DNA of 64,000 nucleotides from Candidatus Obscuribacterales bacterium. GTDB taxonomy: Bacteria > Cyanobacteriota > Vampirovibrionia > Obscuribacterales > Obscuribacteraceae. Positions 19,760 through 30,471 of this stretch are shown here, piece after piece; position 1 is the first letter of the stretch, and every line of letters begins with the position of its first letter. The notes under the pieces are model-generated. The model worked only from the letters and a program-made list of their open reading frames with translations, was not told the origin of the DNA and ran no database searches. The stretch spans positions 2,525,177 to 2,589,176 of the forward strand of contig CBDDIJ010000002.1 of the NCBI GenBank assembly GCA_965228855.1, written 5' to 3'. Position numbers and translations under genes: made by a program.

Positions 19760-22216
19760 TCATTCTCCAACCATCAGTTGGAATCCGTCCTCAGCCGGCG
19801 CACCGACTATGACGTGGATCGCATCGATGCCGAGCTTGCAGATCTTTACGACTGCTGCTTTCGATACTGAATTGCAGCCGCTAAGTTGGAGCTTTTTCAG
19901 GCTCTTCATTCTTGCAAGTTCATCCAGGGACCTGTCGGTGATTGCATTCTCTGCCAAATCGAGCGAACTCACGTGTAATGAGGAAATTAACGGCTTTATG
20001 TCTTCATCGTTGAGTGACAGAGACGCCAAGTTCAAACCTTGTAGTTTTTTCAGTTCGGCTATTCGACGTACCGATTTTGCGGTCACTCTGGTATTGCTGA
20101 TCGTCAGATACCTGAGGTTCGGGTGATTGTCGATCACCGTATTCAGGCAAGCGTCGTCAAACGACCGACAAGAATCTACGCTTAATTTTTCCAGGTCTAA
20201 ATCGTTTAGACAAGCCATTCCCTTCGCAGTAACAGGAGTGCTGTCCAGAGAAAGCGCCGTCAGAGACTTCGTAGCGGCAAGACTTTCGAGACTGTCGTCG
20301 GTGATGTTGCAACCAGGTATGCTGAGAAGACTCAAGTTTAGAGCGGAGACTGTTTTTACAGTCTCGTCTCCTATTTGCGTCTGTGAGAGATCCAAGCATT
20401 GGAGTTGTTTGGCGCGTCCAAGCGCCGTTCTGCATCCATCGGTGATGTTCGTACAGAGGCGCAGGTTGAGGTCTTCAATGGCGGTATTCTCAAATGGTTC
20501 TACCGCTTTGTCGGTGATGTCAGTTTCGCTAAGGTCTATTCGTCGCAGTTGAGGCATCTTTGCGATTTTTGAAACATCCTCATCCGTTATTGTTGACTGA
20601 GGAACTATCAAAGACTTCAAATCCAGGCTGGCGACAGCGGACCATCCAACGCTCGATATTTTTCCAGAACCGGCAACAAGCTCAAGGTTTTTTATATCAC
20701 CTCGATGTTTCAGGGTTAGATACTGCAGTTCATCGTCGGAAAGTGGATGCTTCGCCACCCAAGACTGCTTGGAGCCGTTGATTTGAAAAAGGTTTTCGAT
20801 GCCTTTTCGTTCAATGGCTTTAAATGCGAGTTTTGAAAGTTTTCTCTTTGTAAGACTCTGCGATTTCGGCTTTCGATTAGCGGTCTTAATCTCTTTGATT
20901 TTCGTGGATTTGTTTGAGTTTGAAACAGATACAACCGCAAACGCTGCCAAGCCTATAACTACCAGGGCCGTGATCGAAAACAGCACCAGCGGTGGTGGTA
21001 AGCTGCGTTTCTTTGCATGTGGGATGTGAAAAAATTCCGTTCGAGTCGTTGATAAGTCATGGCCCGTCAGGGCGTCAATTGAGGCGGCCACAGCCTGCGC
21101 TGAAGAGTATCGTCTTGATGGTTCGCGTCTCAGACAGGTTGCAACTAGTTTTTCGATGCCTTTTGAGAATTCTTGACCTGTGACTTTTGCGAGAGAAGGG
21201 CGCTCTTGATTCGCGTGCATTGCGATTGTTTCAAGCGCGGTCTGACCTGCAAACGGAGGCTTACCAGTTAGCGCCTCGAACATCAAACAACCCAGCGAGT
21301 AGATCTCGGATCGTTCATCAAAGCGGGCTCCCTCTGCGATTTCCGGTGCCATATAAAATGGAGTGCCGGCTAGCGTGCGGCTTTGCGCGGCTGTCGATTC
21401 TTGTGAGTCGAACATTACTTTTGCAACTCCGAAGTCGATCAACTTTATTACAAGTTCGTCGTCATCGGAAATTGAAATTAGCACATTGGACGGTTTCAGA
21501 TCTCGATGGAAAACGCGTGCATTGTGCGCATGCGCAAGAGCGTCGCTTACTGCTCTAAATATTTGCAGGGCGAATGTGGTATCAAGAGGACCATTTCGCT
21601 CAATGAGCTGCTCTAGCGATTCCGCTCGCTCGACATATTCAAGCACCATATATGGTATCCCTGATTCTGTTGGACCAAAATCGAGAATAGAGATGATGTT
21701 CGGATGCTGGAGGCGACTTGTTATTTTGGCTTCTTCCTGAAACGCCATGAGCTGATTTGCATCGAGCTGGTTCAAGATCTTCACCGCGACCTTTTTGCCC
21801 AGCAGTCGATCTCGCGACAGGTAAACGGTTCCAGCCGCTCCTGCGCCCAGTTTTAATTTGGGTTGGTAACGGTCCAATGGAAAGGTTCCGCGAGGCAGGG
21901 GCAGCTCGACGCCGTCATCTTCCTCAATTTCGAACGCTGGACCTCGAACTCCTGCTGCGTCACTGGTGTCAGAGTTAGTGATTGTCGGTATCGCACAGCT
22001 GCAGTAATCCGAGCTGAAGATCCACTGAGTCATTGTTCCTACTCGAGCCGGCTTAATTGGTTTTTTGCAAGTTTCGCATTGAGCAAGGACCTCTGAGGGG
22101 TCTGAGGTCGGCACGTGCTCGTTGCACCGGCAGACGCTGATGAACTGCGTGACGAAGCCGCCTGAAGCACTAGCTTTAGGCTTTAGGCACGCGTGGCAAA
22201 TCTGGGCTCGGTCCAT
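19760..22216 (-). CDS. Membrane Ser/Thr kinase with Cys-rich N-terminus and C-terminal LRRs
   Basis: GAGAAG, VAVK, HRDLKPSN, DFG, YMAPE; TM; many LDLSxTxIxD-type repeats. Confidence 0.92.
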   Translation of the reverse strand: MDRAQICHACLKPKASASGGFVTQFISVCRCNEHVPTSDPSEVLAQCETCKKPIKPARVGTMTQWIFSSDYCSCAIPTITNSDTSDAAGVRGPAFEIEEDDGVELPLPRGTFPLDRYQPKLKLGAGAAGTVYLSRDRLLGKKVAVKILNQLDANQLMAFQEEAKITSRLQHPNIISILDFGPTESGIPYMVLEYVERAESLEQLIERNGPLDTTFALQIFRAVSDALAHAHNARVFHRDLKPSNVLISISDDDELVIKLIDFGVAKVMFDSQESTAAQSRTLAGTPFYMAPEIAEGARFDERSEIYSLGCLMFEALTGKPPFAGQTALETIAMHANQERPSLAKVTGQEFSKGIEKLVATCLRREPSRRYSSAQAVAASIDALTGHDLSTTRTEFFHIPHAKKRSLPPPLVLFSITALVVIGLAAFAVVSVSNSNKSTKIKEIKTANRKPKSQSLTKRKLSKLAFKAIERKGIENLFQINGSKQSWVAKHPLSDDELQYLTLKHRGDIKNLELVAGSGKISSVGWSAVASLDLKSLIVPQSTITDEDVSKIAKMPQLRRIDLSETDITDKAVEPFENTAIEDLNLRLCTNITDGCRTALGRAKQLQCLDLSQTQIGDETVKTVSALNLSLLSIPGCNITDDSLESLAATKSLTALSLDSTPVTAKGMACLNDLDLEKLSVDSCRSFDDACLNTVIDNHPNLRYLTISNTRVTAKSVRRIAELKKLQGLNLASLSLNDEDIKPLISSLHVSSLDLAENAITDRSLDELARMKSLKKLQLSGCNSVSKAAVVKICKLGIDAIHVIVGAPAEDGFQLMVGE

Positions 22217-22358
22217 CCTTGACTCTGGTGGTAATCACTATAATCTGCCCGCTTCCGAGTCGGAACTCACGCTTGCGGGTCGGCCTTGAAGTACGCTCAG
22301 TAGTGACAGGTTTGCGACCAGTAAACCGAGGCTCGTAGTTGGGGTTTGCGCGGGGTCT

Positions 22359-22736
22359 CTAGGTCGCCGACATGACAATCAGAATTGGCCAGAGAATTAC
22401 GATTGCTATGAAACTAGCAGCAAGTCCTTGCGGGATGGCGCCCATGCCGCGGGTTTTCGCTGTAGGTGCAATATAAGTGAGGAGGTAAATCAGTTTGTAA
22501 ATGACCTGCAAGGCGAGAACTGGAATGAAAGCTTTGGGCTGGAACAGACCGGCGATAGAGAGGATGAAAATCGCAGACCAGAGAGACGCGACGAGAAGGC
22601 GCAGTCCATCGGAGTTTTCAACGGTGCCTTGAAGAGCGCGAATCGGTTTGTTGCCGCAGTCGCTGAACATGGAAAATAGAACTGGCGCCAGGATAATTAA
22701 ATTCGCCGCGTAGGCTATATGCAGAAGATTGAACAT
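22359..22736 (-). CDS. Small integral membrane protein
   Basis: 125 aa with about 4 hydrophobic helices. Confidence 0.75.
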   Translation of the reverse strand: MFNLLHIAYAANLIILAPVLFSMFSDCGNKPIRALQGTVENSDGLRLLVASLWSAIFILSIAGLFQPKAFIPVLALQVIYKLIYLLTYIAPTAKTRGMGAIPQGLAASFIAIVILWPILIVMSAT

Positions 22737-22865
22737 CGAATAAATTCTCGTTCTGGTGCTCTTTTAAACAGATTAGCGGCTGCTGGTGAATTGTCTGTGA
22801 ACTTGGCGGGTTTCATCCGAGGGGCGCAGGCAGCGGTGCTCAACGGATTGTAATATCATGTCTTT

Positions 22866-23816
22866 ATGCGAGCATTCTTGATATTACTGCTGACATTTTG
22901 CGCTTCGCCGGCGTTCTGTCTTGACGCCTCGAGCGACGAGGCTCCGGATGGTTCAGTGGAAAAATCCTTAGGACTACGAATAGCTCGTTCTCGAGAAGGG
23001 CTTTTTCCGGCGGACATTATGGGGAGAGACTTTTCTGGAACATCGAACTCTTCTTCGAGTCAAGCGCGCTACGGACGTAGTTTCTCAACAACTCGTGCTC
23101 CGCGGGGAGACATTACTTTGACCGCGGTTGCAGCACCGTTGCTGGCTGCACCCAAGTCATTTCCGCCGTTTCCGAATTCTATTGATTTGGATGTTTCATT
23201 GCTAAAGCCGAGGGTAGCGCCGCTGACATATTCGTTCAAGTGGAAAGAGATAGTCTATCGAGATATCGACGGCACGTATGCGAGCTCTGCGTTGCCTGTT
23301 GCAACTGGCGACGCCACTGCAAACGATACCATTAAAGCCGATTCTATTCATCGCAGAGTTTTAAATGCGCAAAAGATACTCAAAGAAGGAGAAGTTAAAG
23401 GAGCATTTGAGCTTTATTCGGAAATCGTGCGGCCAGCGTATTCGCACCTGACGGCGGCAGATAAGATCGAACTTTCTAAGTGCCATAAGGCGCTTGGCGA
23501 TATTCTCTACAAGTATGGTTGGCTTGCGCTGGAAGCAGGCCGAGTCGAAACGGGACGGAGACGCTTGCTGTCGGCTTGGCTGGAATATAAGCGCGCTTTG
23601 TTTCTTGACTCTGGCGATAAGCAGTCGTTGTCACGGCTTGTGGTGCTCTCGAAATATGCGACCGAACAAGAGCCTGTGTTTGATAATTGGCTCGCCTACG
23701 GTAGCGCGCTTTATTTGTCAGGTGAAAAGGCTATGGCTCGAGAATGTTATCGACGTTGCAAAGGATTGGACGCTTCGGCGTCAGTATTGAAGCGGTTGCC
23801 GTCCAGCGTAAAATAA
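22866..23816 (+). CDS. Secreted protein with C-terminal TPR-like helices
   Basis: Signal peptide; WLAYGSALYLSGEKAMARECYRRC is TPR-like. Confidence 0.7.
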   Translation: MRAFLILLLTFCASPAFCLDASSDEAPDGSVEKSLGLRIARSREGLFPADIMGRDFSGTSNSSSSQARYGRSFSTTRAPRGDITLTAVAAPLLAAPKSFPPFPNSIDLDVSLLKPRVAPLTYSFKWKEIVYRDIDGTYASSALPVATGDATANDTIKADSIHRRVLNAQKILKEGEVKGAFELYSEIVRPAYSHLTAADKIELSKCHKALGDILYKYGWLALEAGRVETGRRRLLSAWLEYKRALFLDSGDKQSLSRLVVLSKYATEQEPVFDNWLAYGSALYLSGEKAMARECYRRCKGLDASASVLKRLPSSVK

Positions 23817-23882
23817 GACTTTCATTTAAGGACTCACAATGGAAGTTTGAGCATAAGTTCTACAAATGGAAACGATCAAAGT

Positions 23883-24314
23883 ATGAAAACACTCCTTATT
23901 TCGATCAGCCTGATGGTATTGCTGTCCCCTCCAGCATGGTGTCAAGATTCGAATGCCTCGTCTGCGTCTTCTGACTTTGAGATCGTCAGCGCCGAGTTCG
24001 GACGTTTTCCAGAAGGCAAAGGTCCTAGGCAGTTACCTGGTAAGGAGGTCGTTTTCGAACGCACCAATAAGGTTGGAAAGTCCGGTTATACCTATGGTTG
24101 GAAGATCGCGTTGAACACAGCGTTAAAGTCGGTCAGTGTTTCAGAGAAGTGGGACGAAAATGACAAGATGGTGAGCAGCACCAAATATGGTGTCATTGAC
24201 GGCTTGATCTATCACGATTGGGATGTTGTTCTGGGAACTCGAAAAGGAAAGCACAGTGTCGAGGTTTCAGTTAATGGCACGCCTGTGAAAAAGTTTGTTT
24301 ACTATGTGAAATGA
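23883..24314 (+). CDS. Secreted hypothetical protein (beta-sandwich-like)
   Basis: Signal peptide MKTLLISISL; GKHSVEVSVNG near the C-terminus. Confidence 0.7.
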   Translation: MKTLLISISLMVLLSPPAWCQDSNASSASSDFEIVSAEFGRFPEGKGPRQLPGKEVVFERTNKVGKSGYTYGWKIALNTALKSVSVSEKWDENDKMVSSTKYGVIDGLIYHDWDVVLGTRKGKHSVEVSVNGTPVKKFVYYVK

Positions 24315-24377
24315 GCCGTTGGTTCGTACGCAGAAGGTGTCAGTATATCTTTGGGTCTGCTCTTAATATTTGAAAAA

Positions 24378-24391
24378 ATCACCCGGGTGAT
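24378..24391. promoter_or_regulatory. Palindrome ATCACCCGGGTGAT (copy 2)
   Basis: Perfect 14-bp palindrome with A/T flanks, intergenic. Confidence 0.6.
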
Positions 24392-24576
24392 CTTTTGCGG
24401 CTAAGATAAGTCAGATCCTCGAACTGACCGTAGCATCAATAATAGCGGACGGCGTCTCGAAAGTTTTCGTGTGCTAAAATCTCGATTTGGATTTCGCGGA
24501 TCTCTCATGCAGTTCTTTCTGCATCCGATGCGCGCGTGGAAACATGTCGTAGGGCTCTGGCAGAGTAGGAGGCCAA

Positions 24577-25689
24577 ATGAAGATTCTGGCATCGGTTAAA
24601 TCGCTTTCGGTTGCTTCATTACTGACTGTATCTATTCTGTGCTCGCCGGGAGCTTTTGCGCAGACTGCTGACGATGCATTTGAAGCCGGCAAACAATCGT
24701 TTTCAGCCCAGGAATATCCGAAAGCGATTGAGAGTTTAACAACTGCGATTAAGCAAGCACCAAGCTTTGCCAAAGCTTATGAATTGCGCGGTTCCTCTTA
24801 CAATGCGTTGAAACAATGGGACAAAGGAATCGCGGATTTCACCGCAGCCTTAAAGATCGATCCGAAGATGTATCTGGCTATTCTCAACCGTGGCCTTGCT
24901 TACTACGCTACTGGAAAATACCAGCAGTCGATCGATGATTTGTCGAAATATCTGGAGACATATTCCGAAGATGAGCGGGCGCTGGAGACGCGTGGAAAAG
25001 CTTATGACAAGATTGGAAAGAACGATCTTGCGCGAAAGGATGCTGATGCTGCCGGCTTTGCTGCTGCGGTCAGAAACGCTCGCGATCGCTTCCGCCAACA
25101 GAAGTACGATGAAGCAATTGTGCTCGCGAATCAAGCCATTCAGACAAATCCAACGAATCCATTAGGCTATGCTCTTCGAGGTGAAACATACGAAAAGCAG
25201 AAGAAGTTTGATCTGGCGCTCGCCGATTTTAAAAAGCAAGTTGAGCTTTCGCCGCCTGATAATCCAGATCCCCTCTACTTTCTAGGAAAGGGTTACATGC
25301 AGGTGAAGGATTATCCGAAGTCGATTGAAACTCTCGTAAAGTACAACTCGATGAAGAAGGATGATCCGCAAGCGTGGTTTTTATTAGGGACCGTGCAGCA
25401 AGATGCGAAGAATTATCCGGATGCGCAGAAGTCTTTGGACAAAGCGAACGAACTCTCTCCTGCTAACTATTTGTATCTCTTCTATAGTGCGAAGAACCAC
25501 AGGCTTACAGGTGACAACGACAAAGCAATTGCTGAGATTACAGAAGCCTACAAACTTGCTCCGAATGAAGAGTGGGTTTTGGTAGAGCGTGCAATTGCCT
25601 ATGAGAAGCTGGGGAAGAACGATCTTGCCGAACTCGATCGGAAGGTTATGAAGGACAAAGGTTATCCGGAATGGAACCTCAAAGAGTAG
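24577..25689 (+). CDS. Secreted TPR-repeat protein
   Basis: AGGAGG RBS; signal peptide; many canonical TPRs. Confidence 0.9.
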   Translation: MKILASVKSLSVASLLTVSILCSPGAFAQTADDAFEAGKQSFSAQEYPKAIESLTTAIKQAPSFAKAYELRGSSYNALKQWDKGIADFTAALKIDPKMYLAILNRGLAYYATGKYQQSIDDLSKYLETYSEDERALETRGKAYDKIGKNDLARKDADAAGFAAAVRNARDRFRQQKYDEAIVLANQAIQTNPTNPLGYALRGETYEKQKKFDLALADFKKQVELSPPDNPDPLYFLGKGYMQVKDYPKSIETLVKYNSMKKDDPQAWFLLGTVQQDAKNYPDAQKSLDKANELSPANYLYLFYSAKNHRLTGDNDKAIAEITEAYKLAPNEEWVLVERAIAYEKLGKNDLAELDRKVMKDKGYPEWNLKE

Positions 25690-25709
25690 TGCGATTGATC
25701 TGAAACCGA

Positions 25710-27059
25710 CTATTCAAGTTCGCTAGCCAAACTTTTCACGACCGCCTCGTTATTTTTGTCTGATTCCTTGACGATTTTGTAGCAGTGGGTGCGGGGCGGC
25801 TCCTGGGTTTGGCCGGTTAGGTGCGTAATTTTTGAAAAGGCTCTGCCGAAGTTGCTGCGCTGACCCGACTCTTCTAGCACCAGTGCGTAGCCGTCGCCGG
25901 GGCGGTTTATGTACGCGATGTTTTTAACTAGTTCAACTGGAATACGATGTCCGATCGCGAGCCCATCGAAGTCGGTGAAGTCTATGGTTTGCATTCGGCG
26001 CTGCACTTTCTCAAGTTTTGCTTGCAGTTGCGGATCAGAATCTTTCAATGATTTGTTCTGGTCACTTTGACGAAACGCGCCTATAGCCATCGATGCAACC
26101 GAGTCTGCGCACTCTCCTAAACGGAAATATCCGCCGTGCACAATCTGCGAAAGTGCGAGCGCTTTATCGCGACGCGACATGTACAGACGAAGTTTTGCCG
26201 TACCTTTATCGCTCAGATATCGACGAGCATAGTGTTTTACAACGCCTTGATCGATGTCGGGACAGATCAATCCGACCTCGAGTAGATGCGGTTTTTCGCG
26301 CAGAAGAGGAGTGGCGCGAATTACAAGACGACTGCCCATTGAATGAGCATAGACTCGCAGCTTTGTCGATGAAGAAGTGCATGCCTCCTCAAGTTTTTCG
26401 ATCACGTCGTTGAAGTGTTCCTGGCTCCATTCATTATTGTTCTCGTCCGGAGCATATGCGCGCAGCTTGGCGGCTGATGGCCAGGAGTAGAGCACCACCG
26501 GGCTTTCAAATGAATAGCTGAAACGTGCAGCGACATCCCACGCTGATTCGAAGCTGTTTTTGTATCCATGAGCGAAGAGCAAGATGTTGTTGTGTTCGCT
26601 AGCAACAGCCTTAGCGGCAATGTCTTTGAAAAACTCTGTTTGTGCCTGCGCGAAATTCGATTCTGAATCGTGCTGCAATGCTAGCTTGTGTGCACCGACC
26701 TTTTCCTTCGCCTCCGCTGGCTGCCAGCCGAGTGCTTGGAGTTCAGGAGTCAAAACCTTGTGCGCTTTGTTTTCGATTACGCAATATCCGGAACCCAAGA
26801 ACGGTTGATGTTCGCAGTCGCCGAGGTACTTTCGTTGCGGACCGAAGACCGGTCCGTTCTCTGACTGTGACAAAAGATTTCTGTCGGTGACGAAAAACAG
26901 CGGCACGCGGACGAAATCCGGAGCTTCTGCCGGAGCGGCTCCGGCGGTTTCTTCAGCATACGCGGATTGAGTTGCGATGTTTAAAAACGCAACCAAAATC
27001 GAGAGTATGAACAACTCGGGGCGAGAAAATCGTCTCATCATGTTCCAAATATCACGCAC
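25710..27059 (-). CDS. DUF900-type alpha/beta hydrolase
   Basis: FFVTDR, FAHGYKNSF, YSWPS, AHSMG, PDID, DKALALS. Confidence 0.85.
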   Translation of the reverse strand: MRDIWNMMRRFSRPELFILSILVAFLNIATQSAYAEETAGAAPAEAPDFVRVPLFFVTDRNLLSQSENGPVFGPQRKYLGDCEHQPFLGSGYCVIENKAHKVLTPELQALGWQPAEAKEKVGAHKLALQHDSESNFAQAQTEFFKDIAAKAVASEHNNILLFAHGYKNSFESAWDVAARFSYSFESPVVLYSWPSAAKLRAYAPDENNNEWSQEHFNDVIEKLEEACTSSSTKLRVYAHSMGSRLVIRATPLLREKPHLLEVGLICPDIDQGVVKHYARRYLSDKGTAKLRLYMSRRDKALALSQIVHGGYFRLGECADSVASMAIGAFRQSDQNKSLKDSDPQLQAKLEKVQRRMQTIDFTDFDGLAIGHRIPVELVKNIAYINRPGDGYALVLEESGQRSNFGRAFSKITHLTGQTQEPPRTHCYKIVKESDKNNEAVVKSLASELE

Positions 27060-27174
27060 AAACGGTTGTCAGCATACCATGGATGCTTTCAGGGAGCTGT
27101 TCGATAAGCAGGATCTTAATTACTCATAAAGCGAATACACCGTGACGAGCCGGAATCGTCGAATATCTACCGTT

Positions 27175-29118
27175 CTACAAGAAATAGTCGAGCGGCGTTT
27201 CAATCGGCGCTAAGCCATCGCGAAAATCGCCGACAAATCTTGACACGTTCCCAAGTTTAATCACTTTTTGGCCTGTACAGTCTATGAAGAATTTCTGGTC
27301 ATCGGCGGTAGTAATCAAAGCTAGACCGTCGCTGAACGAGCGAACGCTCAACGTAGGCTCAAGGGCAATCTGCACTTCGCCTCTTTTGTTTATGAATACC
27401 CACTGCCTGGCATTAGACCGCTTCAAGCCGTTTGATTCTTCTGAAAATTCTTCGAGAGATAGCAGCGCCAGACCATCGCTAAAGGCACGCCCATAGAAAA
27501 AATTGGCAGGAATGACGAGTTCGCCTTTTAAGTTTATGTAACCACAGCGCGAACCGGCTTTGATTACAAGCAATCCTTCCGAAAATTGATGGCTCCGATT
27601 TCCGTATTCGGAGCGCCGGTTCCTTGATGTGAGGGCGCGGCTGGATTCCTTCTCACCAGCGTATAGGTATTGATCTGTGTCCCTGAAGAAACCGTTTGTT
27701 ATTCGTCCGTGAGCAATAATTGGGTCGTCAAAGATTTGCTGATGCACAGCATTTAAATCGATTGCCGTTTGCCCGTAAATGTCGATGTAGGTGATCTTGT
27801 GTCGCTCGATTTCGGTCTCATACCTAACTGTTTTCGCTCTGCCGTTGGCGAATTCTGCAACTTCATCAAATTCAAAATCAGTTATTTCCTTTCCGAGAAG
27901 ATCGATAAATGCGATCTTACCGTTTCTGCTGACAGCAGCTCTTTCTTCAGAAAATGGCAGGACGTTTTCGAACTTGGGTTCGACAATCCAATCGCCGGCT
28001 TTGTTGATGAAGCCCCAACTACTATTCAACTTTGCCGGGGCACGTCCGCTTCTAAAAGGTCCGACATCTTCAAAAGCAGGTTTAATGACATGCTCTCCTT
28101 TGAGATCGATAAAACCCCACTTCACACCGTCGAAAACGCTTGCTAAATCTTCGGAGAAATCCTCAGCCCATCTGAATTCTCTTGCGAATACATTGATGCC
28201 GTTTCTATCTAAAAATTTTGCGCTAGATACCCCCTGCGAGCAATATAAACCGCATGAAAAATTCGAATTTGGCCTGACATTTTCTATCTCGACTACTATG
28301 TCTCCGCTCTTGTCTAGGAAGCCGCCGACTTTGGGCTTGAACGCTTTGGGATCATTTTGGTAACGCGTTCTCAATCGCAGCATGGTGAGTTTAATCGCGA
28401 CAATTGCGAACCATCTGTACACGGCTCCAAACAGATTGAATTTGAGGCTTAGAAGGTAAATTGGATTCCGGAAAAATCCGCTAATGTTGTGGAGCTGTCC
28501 ATTAGCCGACCGATTTTTAGGGTCGTGTTTAAGTGTTTTCCTAAACCACTTTCGAGCCTTCAACAGTTTTAGCCGTTTTAGGTAAATGCTGCCGATCGAG
28601 TTCATAGCCTCTACGTTTTCCGGACTTAGCTCAAGAACTTTTTCAAAAGCGGCAATTGATGCGCTGTAGTTTCTTCTTATTTCCTCCAGTGCTCCAAGCG
28701 TCAAGTATCCATAGCTGTAGTCAGGGAAGTTTGCGACGCATGCCTGCGCGCTCTGGTACGCAGAATCCACCTGGCTCGTGTCCTCATAGTCCCGACCGAG
28801 AAACCATTTAAATTGGTTTCTTGCCAGCAGATCTTGCTCTACGGCCTCAACCGGTGGTATCGCAGATGGTAGCAGAAGCTTTCGCCGTATATCCGTATAT
28901 GTTTTGAAATTCGGGTCGAGGTCGTCCGCGCGCCGGAGACACTCGAGGGCATGATGAACCAGGTGGTATCGCGCATAGTGATCGCTCAGATGATAATACT
29001 CGGAAGCGGTCAATTCGTCAGGAAAATGAATAGGCGGCCAATGCTGACTCTCGGTGCTGAGCGTGTTCAGAATTTTATAGCTTTGAATTATGTTGTTGAG
29101 CGAAGTTTCTTCCGTCAT
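27175..29118 (-). CDS. TPR + WG-repeat protein
   Basis: N-terminal TPRs; repeated FSEGL/A...WGFIDxxG units. Confidence 0.88.
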   Translation of the reverse strand: MTEETSLNNIIQSYKILNTLSTESQHWPPIHFPDELTASEYYHLSDHYARYHLVHHALECLRRADDLDPNFKTYTDIRRKLLLPSAIPPVEAVEQDLLARNQFKWFLGRDYEDTSQVDSAYQSAQACVANFPDYSYGYLTLGALEEIRRNYSASIAAFEKVLELSPENVEAMNSIGSIYLKRLKLLKARKWFRKTLKHDPKNRSANGQLHNISGFFRNPIYLLSLKFNLFGAVYRWFAIVAIKLTMLRLRTRYQNDPKAFKPKVGGFLDKSGDIVVEIENVRPNSNFSCGLYCSQGVSSAKFLDRNGINVFAREFRWAEDFSEDLASVFDGVKWGFIDLKGEHVIKPAFEDVGPFRSGRAPAKLNSSWGFINKAGDWIVEPKFENVLPFSEERAAVSRNGKIAFIDLLGKEITDFEFDEVAEFANGRAKTVRYETEIERHKITYIDIYGQTAIDLNAVHQQIFDDPIIAHGRITNGFFRDTDQYLYAGEKESSRALTSRNRRSEYGNRSHQFSEGLLVIKAGSRCGYINLKGELVIPANFFYGRAFSDGLALLSLEEFSEESNGLKRSNARQWVFINKRGEVQIALEPTLSVRSFSDGLALITTADDQKFFIDCTGQKVIKLGNVSRFVGDFRDGLAPIETPLDYFL

Positions 29119-29170
29119 CGATTTAGTGCGAAATTTTTAGAAGTTAAGTCAAAACGGCTTCATCCTATTC

Positions 29171-30373
29171 TCATTGAACTTTCTCAGTACCAGTGGCTGG
29201 CGAATAGGTCACCTTCTCCGCCCTCGTGAAAAACGTCCATAAATCCTCCTCAACGTCAGGCTTTTGCTCACGAGTAATCCAATCACCTGGAGGAAACGGA
29301 TTATTCGGATCGACCATATCGCCACAAGTTATTGAGTATGCACAAACCATTCCATCCGGCTTGTAGCGAATGTTGAAATAAGTCGAACCCAAGCAGCTTT
29401 GCTGTAACAAATATCGCTCAGCTGTCGGATGTTCTTTTATCGCTATAGGCTCGCCCAAAAGTTTTACCACATCAGATCTCTTCATCGAGAAAATCTCATA
29501 CTGGCGCAAAAACTGCTGTATCGTCCTATCCGAAACCCATCTAGTTCGCGACCCAATCTCCTCAAATCCCGGTTCTAGCGAATTGAAGACTGCAAGCCCT
29601 TCGCTAAACTCCTCCAGTTGCGAATATTTCGCAGGAACCACGAACTTTCCATCCCTGTTGATGTAACCAAATGCGGTGCTGGCATTTTTCTCGACCGTTG
29701 CAAGTGCTAAGCCGTTTTCGAATTTTGATTTCCAATCGGACCTCGGACATGGGAACGTAGGTGGTATTACAAACTTCCCCCTCTTATCAATGAAACCGAA
29801 TTTAGCCCCGTTCAGCGGGCTGAGTTGTGATTGTCCGCCGATGTCCTTCCAGGGTTTTCCACCGACTGCGACTGCCGCCAAACCTTCGCTAAACGGTTGC
29901 GCGGAGCAGCAGTCCGCCGGAAGTTTGATTCGAACGTTTCCATCTTTGTCGAGAAAACTCCAACCGTGTTTCTTTGACCAGGCAGAAACCATTCCGTCTG
30001 AATATGGACCGAAGTAGTCGTAGTCGCGTTTGGTCGCATCCGCGATGCTACCTTCATTAACGATGAACTTCGATGCCACCGGAACAATGGTTTCGCCATC
30101 CGAACGGAGTGGAACTTCATCCACGGTAAATTCATGACCTTCCTTGTCGATGAACACGGTGGTCCGCCGGTCAGGATGTCCTTTCTCGTTGAACCCCACG
30201 CAGCGCGCGTAGCCGTTGTGAAAGTCTTCCACGCGAAAGTATTTCGGCGCAATTACTTCTTTGCCCGCTTTGTTGACGAAGCCGAACTTCGGCTGGGACA
30301 CCGGGAGGAATTGGGGCTGCCATCGGTCCACGACCATGCAGATGCTTATGAGTGATAGAAGCAAATTTGACAT
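29171..30373 (-). CDS. WG-repeat protein with C-terminal BamE/SmpA-like domain
   Basis: FGFVNKAG, FSEGLA repeats; MKRSDVVKLLGEP. Confidence 0.85.
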   Translation of the reverse strand: MSNLLLSLISICMVVDRWQPQFLPVSQPKFGFVNKAGKEVIAPKYFRVEDFHNGYARCVGFNEKGHPDRRTTVFIDKEGHEFTVDEVPLRSDGETIVPVASKFIVNEGSIADATKRDYDYFGPYSDGMVSAWSKKHGWSFLDKDGNVRIKLPADCCSAQPFSEGLAAVAVGGKPWKDIGGQSQLSPLNGAKFGFIDKRGKFVIPPTFPCPRSDWKSKFENGLALATVEKNASTAFGYINRDGKFVVPAKYSQLEEFSEGLAVFNSLEPGFEEIGSRTRWVSDRTIQQFLRQYEIFSMKRSDVVKLLGEPIAIKEHPTAERYLLQQSCLGSTYFNIRYKPDGMVCAYSITCGDMVDPNNPFPPGDWITREQKPDVEEDLWTFFTRAEKVTYSPATGTEKVQ

Positions 30374-30471
30374 GGCTTGTCCTCGAATACAATTCGCTCA
30401 TTATAACTTCTTCAACGTGTTGCACTTGGCGGGTGATGTTTGTCTTTGATCTTGGATGGATAAGGTGCGAC

